From NCBI GenBank assembly GCA_964496235.1, contig CAZBYU010000002.1:1-27311 (forward strand): 27,311 bases of DNA. Reading direction: 5' to 3'. Of this stretch, positions 1 to 7,713 are shown piece by piece; the first letter of the stretch is position 1, and every line of letters begins with the position of its first letter. This DNA is from an uncultured Oscillospiraceae bacterium. GTDB taxonomy: Bacteria; Bacillota; Clostridia; Oscillospirales; Oscillospiraceae. The notes under the pieces were generated by a model. The model had not been told where the DNA came from and searched no databases. It saw only the letters and a program-made list of their open reading frames with translations. Position numbers and translations under genes: made by a program.

Positions 1-163
1 GGCGGTGATAAGCGGGTCGGAGAGTACGTATGTGGAGCTGGGTGTTATAAAATCAGTCCCGACACCGGGGATATTCCTCGCGGCAGGAGTCGTGCTTATA
101 ATAATGCTACCGCTTGTTCAAATCCTGAAAAAGTGCGAAAGAACGGAGAGTGAAGTAATATGA
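1..163 (+). CDS. 3' end of a membrane protein, probably an MFS-type sugar transporter (partial, runs off the window start)
   Basis: Not in the ORF track. The frame from nt 2 is open: AVISGSESTYVELGVIKSVPTPGIFLAAGVVLIIMLPLVQILKKCERTESEVI*. It has one hydrophobic helix, and its TGA (161-163) overlaps the GH2 ATG (160-162) in an ATGA coupling. The MFS identity is inferred. Confidence 0.6.
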   Translation, partial: AVISGSESTYVELGVIKSVPTPGIFLAAGVVLIIMLPLVQILKKCERTESEVI

Positions 164-1875
164 CAATGCTGACACGCTGGGGCAAAGCCCTCGACAAGGA
201 TAATGTTCTTCCGGAATACCCACGACCACAGATGGTACGCAGTAGTTATGTAAACCTAAATGGTCGGTGGAGCTACGCAATAACGGCAAGCGATGACCCG
301 CCCGAAAGCTTTGAGGGAGAAATTATCGTTCCGTTTTCGCCGGAAGCTCCCCTGTCCGAGGTCGACCGTACACTTAAACCGGGTGAAGCACTGTGGTATA
401 AGCACGCAATAGGCGAAACAAAACGTGATGGTGAGAGGCTTCTGTTGCATTTCGGTGCAGTGGATCAAGAGGCTGTGGTTTACATAAATCACGAGCAGGT
501 TGCCCGACACGTGGGTGGTTACGCGGCTTTCGAGGTTGACATAACTAATCATCTATATTCGGACAGAGACAGCGAGATAATCGTATGCGTTCATGACGGC
601 ACGGACACGAACGAATACACACGCGGCAAACAGCGCACGAAGCGCGGCGGCATATGGTACACCCCGCAAAGCGGAATATGGCAGAGTGTGTGGGCAGAAT
701 GGGTACCCGAGGCACACATCTCGGCACTGCGTATAACGCCGTGCGTGGAGCGCGAATGCGTGGAGATAGAGGTTCAGAGCGCGACGGACGATGTATGCAC
801 CGTCATATTCAACGGTCTGAGCTACGACGGTCGGACGAACGCGGCAATAAACGTACCTGTGCCGGAAGCCGAGCTATGGTGTCCGGAGAACCCAAAGCTG
901 TATAACTTCACGGCTGAGCTTGGCAAGGATCGCGTGGAGGGCTATTTTGCAATGCGTTCTGTTGGCGTGGGACATGACGATATGGGCAGACCGTGTCTCA
1001 TGCTAAATGGCAAGCCGTACTTCCATTCCGGCGTATTGGATCAGGGATATTGGCCGGACGGACTGTACACCGCGCCGAGTGACGAGGCAATGATATACGA
1101 CATTGAGCTGATGAAGTCGATGGGCTTCAACATGCTGAGAAAGCACATAAAAATCGAGCCTATGCGCTGGTATTATCACTGCGACAGGCTGGGTATGCTT
1201 GTGTGGCAGGACATGATAAACGGCGGCGGGACATACAACGCGCTGACAATAACCGCGCCGCTGATAACCGGGCGGCATAGGAAAGACAACGACTATAAAC
1301 GCTTCGCACGAGAGGACGCGGCGGGGCGTGAACAGTATTACGCCGAGCTGGAGGCAATGATCACTCAGCTTTATTCTTGCCCATGCATTGTGATGTGGGT
1401 TCCGTTCAATGAAGGCTGGGGGCAGTTCGACGCGGCGGAGGCAGTGGCGCGAATACACGCGCTGGACACGACGCGCACTATCGACCACGCAAGCGGCTGG
1501 CACGACCAAGGGATAAGCAACGTGAAAAGTCTGCACGTTTATTTCTATAAATACCGTTTCAAGCCCGACGAGCAGGGACGCGCGGTAGTGCTGTCGGAGT
1601 TCGGCGGGTACAAACTGAGCATTGCGGGACACACGTGGAACAACGCAAGCTTCGGCTATCGCGGATATAAGACAGAGGCGGCACTGCTTGCGGCGTTTTG
1701 CAAGCTTTACGAGCGTGAGATAATAACCGCGCGTGACAAGGGGCTTGCCGCAAGCGTTTACACTCAGCTCAGCGACGTGGAGGACGAGGTGAACGGCTTT
1801 GTCACCTACGACCGAGAGCATGTGAAGTTCGACGTGAACGCCGTGAGCGAAATAAACCAAAGGCTGATAGGATAA
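160..1875 (+). CDS. Glycoside hydrolase family 2, cytoplasmic (no signal peptide)
   Basis: 571 aa. N-terminal LNGRW, LLLHFGAVDQ and HVGGY sugar-binding-domain motifs; TIM-barrel motifs MGFNMLRKH, WVPFNEGWGQ (acid/base Glu) and LSEFGG (nucleophile Glu). GGAGAG RBS at 145-150. Confidence 0.92.
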   Translation: MTMLTRWGKALDKDNVLPEYPRPQMVRSSYVNLNGRWSYAITASDDPPESFEGEIIVPFSPEAPLSEVDRTLKPGEALWYKHAIGETKRDGERLLLHFGAVDQEAVVYINHEQVARHVGGYAAFEVDITNHLYSDRDSEIIVCVHDGTDTNEYTRGKQRTKRGGIWYTPQSGIWQSVWAEWVPEAHISALRITPCVERECVEIEVQSATDDVCTVIFNGLSYDGRTNAAINVPVPEAELWCPENPKLYNFTAELGKDRVEGYFAMRSVGVGHDDMGRPCLMLNGKPYFHSGVLDQGYWPDGLYTAPSDEAMIYDIELMKSMGFNMLRKHIKIEPMRWYYHCDRLGMLVWQDMINGGGTYNALTITAPLITGRHRKDNDYKRFAREDAAGREQYYAELEAMITQLYSCPCIVMWVPFNEGWGQFDAAEAVARIHALDTTRTIDHASGWHDQGISNVKSLHVYFYKYRFKPDEQGRAVVLSEFGGYKLSIAGHTWNNASFGYRGYKTEAALLAAFCKLYEREIITARDKGLAASVYTQLSDVEDEVNGFVTYDREHVKFDVNAVSEINQRLIG

Positions 1876-1881
1876 AAGCAC

Positions 1882-1926
1882 GAAAAGAGATTGTTGCGGA
1901 AATTACTCTTGCAACAGTCTCTTTTC
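1882..1926 (+). terminator. Intrinsic terminator of the transporter-GH2 unit
   Basis: GAAAAGAGATTGTTGCGG...TTGCAACAGTCTCTTTTC. Mismatches resolve as G-U pairs on the + strand, and the right arm ends in a U-rich run. Confidence 0.75.
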
Positions 1927-2020
1927 ATAATTATATTAAAATGAAATGTGGATTCAGGGTCTTATACCGGCGAGCCGAATGTGATCGCCGATTTTTCGAG
2001 TAATCGTTGAGATAATGGGT

Positions 2021-3436
2021 TTACTTCACAGTGAACGTCATCTTGCAGCTACCGTCGGCAAAGACGAACTCTATCTCATGCTCGCCGTTATCAAGTGCTT
2101 CAAGCACATCTGCTGAGATGACGACCTCGCCGTCGGAGTTTATCTCAAACTCAACCTCAACACCGTCGATATAGACTTTTTCGACCTTATCCGAATTGAG
2201 GAGTATTCTTAATTCCTCTCCACAGCCCTTGATCCATTCCGCGTCCTTACCCTCTACGACATAGTAGCTCGGCGTGAGGAAATCAACAGCGGTCGAAGAT
2301 GCCGCAGAAGGCACGTAAGAACCGACTAAGGTGGTCATCTCTACGCTTGAAATCTGTCCTTGGGTCATTTTACGAATATCTGTGGTGACAGAGCCTTTAG
2401 AGGTGAGCTTGGACGTGTCGGGAGTGACTTTGACACCGGTATTTCTGTTCGCCCCGCCTTTTCCGATGGGCGCACCCACATCGCCATCAAAAGGATACAT
2501 ATCTTCGGTTTCCGCTTTGACCTGTGCATTGTCGGAAATGACGATAGTGCCGACGTTACCGGTGGCTGAGCCTGTGCCTATGGCGGCACCGCCTGAGGAT
2601 TTTGCGTTGACCGTTGCGTCACCGGAGATTTCTATACCGCTGACATCCTTTGTTCCTGAGCCGCCGCCTATACCTGCACCGTAATGACTGCTTGCAGTTA
2701 CATTCGCATCGCCGGAAATGACGATGTCACGAGCGTATTCGGTATCGCCACCGCCCGCGCCTATACCCGCGCCGCCGACACCGCCGCCGGCATTTATCGT
2801 GCCGCCGGTAATATGAATGCCCTCGGCATTGCCACCATTGCCTCCGCCGATAGCGGCAGAGCTACGCGCACCGCTTGCATTGATGGTTCCGCCCTCGATT
2901 GTGATGTTGCTCGTGCTGTTATTATTAGACCCGCCTATGCCCGCGCCGAGACCGTGAATGTTCTTTGCGACAAGGCTACCGTTGTCATCTTTATCCGTTA
3001 TCGTGAGGGTTCCCTTGCTGTCTGCGTCGTTCTTTTCAAGACCCGCACGACCATTTTCGGATAGCTCAATGGAAAGGCTGTTATCTCCGTCAAGCTCTAT
3101 GTTCACATTGCCGTCACCGGTGACTTTTATGGGGGCGGCATCACTGTCAACATAGTCCAAATCAATCTTGAGGTCATCAATGGTGACATTCGCCGTTGCT
3201 CCAGCCTCGGCATTTATAGAAACCGTATTTGTATTGGAAGAACCTGTTATTATGGGGTTAGAGTCGGCAACATTCTGTTGTCCGTTATCCTGTGAAACGG
3301 TTTGCCCACTTTCAGTCGCACTGACCGTTATACTGCCAACAGCTATATCCCAGTCCGCAAAAGCCGCACCTCCCATTGAGAGAACCAAGCACAGCGCAAG
3401 CGCGAGGGAAAACACAGTCTTAGCAAGCTTCTTCAT
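2021..3436 (-). CDS. Secreted Gly-rich repeat (probable beta-solenoid) protein with a C-terminal Ig-like domain
   Basis: Start re-assigned to ATG 3436 (GGAGG at 3444-3448), giving 471 aa. Sec signal peptide MKKLAKTVFSLALALCLVLSMGGAAFA. Six A(G/A/P)IG-type Gly motifs alternate with I-x-I-x-G strands. No LPxTG or SLH anchor is visible. Confidence 0.85.
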   Translation of the reverse strand: MKKLAKTVFSLALALCLVLSMGGAAFADWDIAVGSITVSATESGQTVSQDNGQQNVADSNPIITGSSNTNTVSINAEAGATANVTIDDLKIDLDYVDSDAAPIKVTGDGNVNIELDGDNSLSIELSENGRAGLEKNDADSKGTLTITDKDDNGSLVAKNIHGLGAGIGGSNNNSTSNITIEGGTINASGARSSAAIGGGNGGNAEGIHITGGTINAGGGVGGAGIGAGGGDTEYARDIVISGDANVTASSHYGAGIGGGSGTKDVSGIEISGDATVNAKSSGGAAIGTGSATGNVGTIVISDNAQVKAETEDMYPFDGDVGAPIGKGGANRNTGVKVTPDTSKLTSKGSVTTDIRKMTQGQISSVEMTTLVGSYVPSAASSTAVDFLTPSYYVVEGKDAEWIKGCGEELRILLNSDKVEKVYIDGVEVEFEINSDGEVVISADVLEALDNGEHEIEFVFADGSCKMTFTVK

Positions 3437-3512
3437 TTTTCTACCTCCATAATAAATTGTGCATAATCGGCTCATGCATATTAAAACCAACAGTAAGATT
3501 GATCATATGTCA

Positions 3513-3563
3513 TACATTTTCTTGAAGAAAATGTAGAAAACGCATGCGTTTTCTACTTGTCAA
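3513..3563 (-). promoter_or_regulatory. Perfect -35 (TTGACA) plus two overlapping palindromic operator candidates upstream of the secreted protein
   Basis: TTGACA on the - strand at 3558-3563. GTAGAAAACGCATGCGTTTTCTAC (3533-3556) is a perfect 24-bp palindrome; TACATTTTCTT-G-AAGAAAATGTA spans 3513-3535. The -10 is poor. Confidence 0.55.
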
Positions 3564-3656
3564 TCCAGCTGTCTTTTGCTGACACAATTATAAACTAAAG
3601 TGCTTTATCTCGCAAGATTTTTTATAGTAGAATTCCAGATTTTTATGTGAGAAAGC

Positions 3657-3693
3657 GCGTTATTAGGGCGGCTGAAAGCCGCCCTAATAACGC
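3657..3693. terminator. Perfect 17-bp inverted repeat just downstream of the XRE gene (terminator or REP-like)
   Basis: GCGTTATTAGGGCGGCT-GAA-AGCCGCCCTAATAACGC, 6 nt from the stop at 3700. There is no clean U-tract. Confidence 0.6.
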
Positions 3694-3699
3694 ACCATA

Positions 3700-4149
3700 T
3701 CACTCTCTGTTTGCTTTCCAATAGTTCAGCTTGGGCAACATCGCGCTCATATGGTCGCGTACCTGCTCGCGCGACCATTCCGCGCTCGACATATGCTCAA
3801 CGCAGAAGTCTATGAGCGCGTCCATGTCAGTATAGGTATGCTTGCCGTCGACATAGCACCATTTGCAATACTCCTCGTTGATGCCGCCGTCGGGGTCGCG
3901 GCTCATGAGCGTGTCATCAAGCGGCATGCCACAACACTGGCACACCAGATGACAGGGCGAACCCAAAAGAGTGTTGATGGAGACATCGAAAAGTTTGGAA
4001 AGAAGCTTGAGTGTATCCGTGTTCGGCTGGGTATCTCCGTTTTCCCAGCGGGAAACCGCCTGACGCGTGACGAACAGTTTTTCAGCAAGCTCGTCTTGGG
4101 AAAGTCCGTTTTTCGTGCGAAGCTGATATATGACATCTTTGGTATCCAT
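3700..4149 (-). CDS. XRE-family HTH transcriptional regulator with a C-terminal zinc-ribbon domain
   Basis: Start re-assigned to ATG 4149 (GGAGG RBS), giving 149 aa. HTH: LRTKNGLSQDELAEKLFVTRQAVSRWENG. C-terminal CQCCGMP...YCKWCY. Confidence 0.9.
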   Translation of the reverse strand: MDTKDVIYQLRTKNGLSQDELAEKLFVTRQAVSRWENGDTQPNTDTLKLLSKLFDVSINTLLGSPCHLVCQCCGMPLDDTLMSRDPDGGINEEYCKWCYVDGKHTYTDMDALIDFCVEHMSSAEWSREQVRDHMSAMLPKLNYWKANRE

Positions 4150-4224
4150 ATTATAATTCCTCCATTTAAGAAAGCGATGAACAAACAACGCACTCACAGC
4201 CTGTATCTTTGTTGCGTTAAGGGT

Positions 4225-4268
4225 ATTATACAACGGGCGATACACTATGTAAAGCAACAGGCTGTTGC
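4225..4268 (-). promoter_or_regulatory. Sigma-A promoter of the XRE gene with an adjacent palindromic operator
   Basis: TTTACA (4248-4253), 17 nt, TATAAT (4225-4230). GCAACAG-G-CTGTTGC (4254-4268) abuts the -35. Confidence 0.75.
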
Positions 4269-4389
4269 GCGTAAAAAAGAACGGCTCATCTGCACACGGC
4301 ATAGCCGAGTAGAGGGGAGTTTATGATGTTTTATTAAGAAAATCCGAAGAATGACAGTAGCAAAGCGCAATCGCGCCGCAACATTACCG

Positions 4390-5097
4390 TCAGCAACAGA
4401 AGAAGCGATAGCCGCAGGTAGGACCGAGGCACATATTGAGCGCACACATCGTAAGACAGAGCTTGTCTGTACTCAAGCCGGTGGAATAGTGGGTGGAATA
4501 GTTATCATAGAAGTCTCCCCCGCTTTGAAGCTGTTCCAAAAGGCGGCGGTACTGCTCATTACCCGGCTCTATCTCAACGGCACGTCGAGCGGCCTCGAGC
4601 GCGGCGATTTTGTTGCCCATATACATATTCGCACCGGCGGTGAGATAATACCACTTGCCGTCACGCTCGGCAACAGGGACACCGGACAGGGCGTTCAGAG
4701 CCTCGCGGTACATGCCGTTGCGAATATAGTTTTTCGCGGCGGTATACTCACTGCGTTCGTTTTGACGCGCCGCGCCGGTAGATCCGCCGAAATCGCCCCA
4801 ATCGCTCCAGCCAGACCATGACCCCCATGGGTTATACCCACCGGAGGAATAACCGCCGTAGCCACCGTAGCCGCCCTGCGAGGAATATCCGTATCCCCGG
4901 GGATCGCTCTGCTGAGCTGTGCCGTTTTTAATTTGGTCATAGGCGGCGTTTATTTCGTTCATCTTCTGCGCTGCCGTGGGGTCGTTGGGGTTGAGATCCG
5001 GGTGATATTTCTTCGTCAAGTCCCGATATGCTTTTTTCACCTCGTCGTCCGTCGCGTCGCGCGACACGCCGAGTACCTTATACGGGTCCTGATACAT
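4390..5097 (-). CDS. Class C J-domain (DnaJ-domain) protein with Gly/Tyr/Trp-rich linker, TPR-like helices and Cys-rich C-terminus
   Basis: Start re-assigned to ATG 5097, giving 235 aa. DPYKVLGV...KKYHPD...INAAYD is a J-domain with an intact HPD. TPR-like [18 protein letters not shown]. Tail [23 protein letters not shown]. It lacks the CxxCxGxG repeats of canonical DnaJ. Confidence 0.9.
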   Translation of the reverse strand: MYQDPYKVLGVSRDATDDEVKKAYRDLTKKYHPDLNPNDPTAAQKMNEINAAYDQIKNGTAQQSDPRGYGYSSQGGYGGYGGYSSGGYNPWGSWSGWSDWGDFGGSTGAARQNERSEYTAAKNYIRNGMYREALNALSGVPVAERDGKWYYLTAGANMYMGNKIAALEAARRAVEIEPGNEQYRRLLEQLQSGGDFYDNYSTHYSTGLSTDKLCLTMCALNMCLGPTCGYRFFCC

Positions 5098-5938
5098 CTG
5101 TTTTTCCTTCCTTTTCTGCCGCCTTATGCGGGGAAAACTTGCTGTCGAATTGTTGCCATATACCAAGGCAGAGAATGTTCTTCAAAATGTCCGCGTCCTG
5201 GACAAGCGGGAGCTTATCGAACCAATACACGCACTCGCTCATCAGCATCTTCAGTATGCCTCGAAACCGCACCTCATTGTCAAGCCCATAGTAACGGCGA
5301 AACGGATTGTAGCTTTCATGCCGGGTGTCCGCGTCAAGATCCATCACCGCGTCCATGATATACACAGCACGACCGAGCGAGTTGCCGAGGGCGCGAAGCG
5401 TATCGCCCCAGCGATCATCTCTCCACACGAGAAGCTCACCCATCAGTGCGCCGAAGGTTGCCGCGGCGGAGTCGGGGGATTCATCACGCGCTCTTTCCAG
5501 ATCGTCAAGCGCGGCAAGGGATCTGGTCATAGCCCTATGCTGTCGCGGATAAGCATCGCAAAGAGACAAATATGTGCGCCGAAGTGCACGAGCCTCCGCA
5601 AGCGATGCGAGGTTTGCGTCATCGCGCCAATCGTCCATACATTTGAGATAGGCGAGCATGACGTTCATATCCGCGGCGTAATCCGTAGCCGCAGAGGAAA
5701 AAAAGGCATGTGGCTTTTTCGGGTGCGCGATACAACGAAGCTCCCCCGCGCTCTCCTCCGGCTCATAAAGCGAACCCAGAAGAAGCACGAGGAAGGTCAA
5801 ATCATAATTAAGCGTGAGCCGTGAAATCTCTCCGTGGCGTATTTTCAGTGCGCGGCACAGCCCGCAATAACACGCACGATAACGCGCCTGCTGTTCCTCT
5901 GTCAATGCGCCGGGCAATGCGGCGAGATAGCCGAACAT
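5078..5938 (-). CDS. DUF5685-like conserved hypothetical protein
   Basis: 286 aa. MFGY start, YCGLC, LNYD, CxxHP, KxxDDWRD and YxxDAxxDxxxD...YNP motifs match my recollection of DUF5685. Overlaps the J-domain gene by 20 nt. Confidence 0.8.
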   Translation of the reverse strand: MFGYLAALPGALTEEQQARYRACYCGLCRALKIRHGEISRLTLNYDLTFLVLLLGSLYEPEESAGELRCIAHPKKPHAFFSSAATDYAADMNVMLAYLKCMDDWRDDANLASLAEARALRRTYLSLCDAYPRQHRAMTRSLAALDDLERARDESPDSAAATFGALMGELLVWRDDRWGDTLRALGNSLGRAVYIMDAVMDLDADTRHESYNPFRRYYGLDNEVRFRGILKMLMSECVYWFDKLPLVQDADILKNILCLGIWQQFDSKFSPHKAAEKEGKTDVSGPV

Positions 5939-5939
5939 A

Positions 5940-6341
5940 TCAGGTCTTTCCGAAGAAGGATGTGCCGCATTTACGGCAGACTATTTTAACCTTGCCGCGG
6001 CGGCGGGGAACACGCAGACTCGTCCGACAGCTCGGACATGTGAAGAACTTATAGTCCTTGCGCTGAATCCAACGCTCACGGCGGAGGCGACACCATGCGT
6101 CAAACTTATATTTCAGGCGCATATACTTGCCGTTTTCTTCGCGGCGTTTATACACGTTGCGGGAAAACATGCGAAAATATATAAAACCGAGCAGGACAAT
6201 CGCCAACGGATAGACAAGACCGCTTATGCTCTTAACGAAGCTTGCCAGCAACAGCAAAATAAGATCTACCACCAGCAAAAACATATTCAGCTGGTCATTG
6301 CCGTTTCTTCCGGCCATAAACCGTGCCAAACGCTCTCTCAT
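5940..6341 (-). CDS. Small membrane protein with a C-terminal zinc ribbon
   Basis: 133 aa. Two hydrophobic helices after FMAGRNGNDQL, a basic linker, then CPSC...CRKC. One-nt gap to the next ATG. Confidence 0.85.
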   Translation of the reverse strand: MRERLARFMAGRNGNDQLNMFLLVVDLILLLLASFVKSISGLVYPLAIVLLGFIYFRMFSRNVYKRREENGKYMRLKYKFDAWCRLRRERWIQRKDYKFFTCPSCRTSLRVPRRRGKVKIVCRKCGTSFFGKT

Positions 6342-6373
6342 TTACTCACCTTAATACTGCATTTTTGTATATG

Positions 6374-6409
6374 GTGATTTTATCACAATGATGTTCTAAA
6401 ACATCACAA
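6374..6409 (-). promoter_or_regulatory. Extended -10 and repeated motifs upstream of the J-domain operon
   Basis: TG-A-TAAAAT on the - strand (6377-6385). ATCACAA direct repeat at 6382 and 6403 (21-nt period). Palindrome TGATGTT-N4-AACATCA at 6389-6406. Confidence 0.4.
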
Positions 6410-6472
6410 AATTGTTAATAATCAATACTTTGAAAGGCTCGGTAGCATCAGGCGCATACACGAGGATATGAA

Positions 6473-6503
6473 AGGCAGACGGCTGTTCTTCAGCCGCCCG
6501 CCT
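6473..6503 (-). terminator. Probable terminator downstream of ddl
   Basis: - strand AGGCGGGCGGCUG-AAGAA-CAGCCGUCUGCCU then UUC. Two mismatches become G-U pairs only on the - strand. Confidence 0.6.
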
Positions 6504-6556
6504 GATAATGGTCTGTATTAATATCGCGTTTTGCGCTAAAAAGAGGCAATTAATGC

Positions 6557-7621
6557 TTACAGACTCTTCTTACGCGCGTCGAGGGAGAGGAACACTATCT
6601 TTTCGCAAAGCTCGGCATAGCTCATACCCTCTACGGCGGCGGCACGCGGAATAAGGCTGTTCGGGGTCATGCCGGGGAGGGTGTTGACCTCCAGACACCA
6701 AGCACGTCCCTCCTCGTCCAAGATAAAGTCCGTGCGGGAATAAACCGAGAGACCGAGTGCGCGGTGGAATTTCAACGCCGCTTCGCCCATGAGCGCGTGT
6801 TCCTCCGGGGTGATAGGCGCAGGGCAGAGTTCTCTCGCGCCCTCGTCACCGGACTGATACTTGGCAACATAGTCGAACCTGCCCTCGGGTGGAACGATCT
6901 CGATGGCGGAGAGATAGCGATCGTCGAGGACGGGGACGGTCATCTCACGACCTGTTATCTTGCGCTCGACAACGGCGCGGTCGGAGTATTTCAGCACCTC
7001 GGCAAGACCGGCTCTCAGCTCATCGCGCGTCTCGGCAATGACGACACCGATGGACGAGCCGCCGTTGACCGCCTTAATCACGCAGGGAAGGAAAAGCTCC
7101 TCGGTGAGAGAGGGGATATCGTCAGTAGTATAGGTGATCTCGCGCCACTCGGGAGTCAGAACACCAGCAGACTCCATAATGCGCTTTGCAACCGCCTTGT
7201 CCATTGCCATGGCACTGCCCAAGGGCGCAGAGCCGGTATACGGCACACCCAAGAGGTCAAGAGCGGACTGGATTTTTCCGTCCTCCCCGTCCGCGCCGTG
7301 CAGACCGAGGAAAACGCAGTCGGCAAGACGGCAAAGCTCCAATACGTTTTTGCCGAGGCGGCTGGGGCTTTTATCGCGGCGGGCGGCTTTCACGGCGGCA
7401 ATATCAGGCGCGGTGCGACCGACGGCGACATCGCCGCAGAAGCCGTCCGGCACATCGAAAACAGACTCCAAAGAGCCGTCATAATCCTCCAAGCCCATGA
7501 ACATGTCGACAAACACGGCCTTGTGACCCAATGAGCGCAAAGCGCGGCAGACCGATGTCCCCGTGACTAGAGCGACATGACGCTCAGAGCTTACGCCGCC
7601 ACCCAAAACAACTATTTTCAT
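6557..7621 (-). CDS. ddl: D-alanine--D-alanine ligase
   Basis: 354 aa. VLGGGVSSER, LHGADGEDG, GSAMAMDK, GGSSIG, omega loop FDYVAKY, EVNTLPGMT...SLIP. AAAGGA RBS. Confidence 0.95.
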   Translation of the reverse strand: MKIVVLGGGVSSERHVALVTGTSVCRALRSLGHKAVFVDMFMGLEDYDGSLESVFDVPDGFCGDVAVGRTAPDIAAVKAARRDKSPSRLGKNVLELCRLADCVFLGLHGADGEDGKIQSALDLLGVPYTGSAPLGSAMAMDKAVAKRIMESAGVLTPEWREITYTTDDIPSLTEELFLPCVIKAVNGGSSIGVVIAETRDELRAGLAEVLKYSDRAVVERKITGREMTVPVLDDRYLSAIEIVPPEGRFDYVAKYQSGDEGARELCPAPITPEEHALMGEAALKFHRALGLSVYSRTDFILDEEGRAWCLEVNTLPGMTPNSLIPRAAAVEGMSYAELCEKIVFLSLDARKKSL

Positions 7622-7652
7622 TACAGAGTATCCTTTCGGTTTTATACTGCTT

Positions 7653-7676
7653 ACGCTCCCGCCGAGGCGGGAGCGT
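7653..7676. other. GC-rich hairpin between the M20 peptidase gene and ddl
   Basis: ACGCTCCCGC-CGAG-GCGGGAGCGT. No U-tract in the transcribed (-) direction. Confidence 0.5.
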
Positions 7677-7713
7677 TTAGACTATATACGATTATACCTT
7701 GCTGTATGCCTTA

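Noticed and set aside
2440-2960. Repeated GCC-rich DNA motifs as a possible repeat array or CRISPR
   Set aside because: They are the coding repeats of the Gly-rich protein, with no constant repeat or unique spacers.
4390-5097. Calling this gene the housekeeping dnaJ
   Set aside because: No CxxCxGxG zinc repeats or C-terminal substrate-binding domain, and no dnaK/grpE/hrcA context.
3437-5166. N-terminal extensions in the ORF track (starts 3490, 4302, 5166; also 14772, 16148, 17604)
   Set aside because: They run through promoters, terminators or upstream genes. Downstream starts have proper RBSs or stop-start overlaps.
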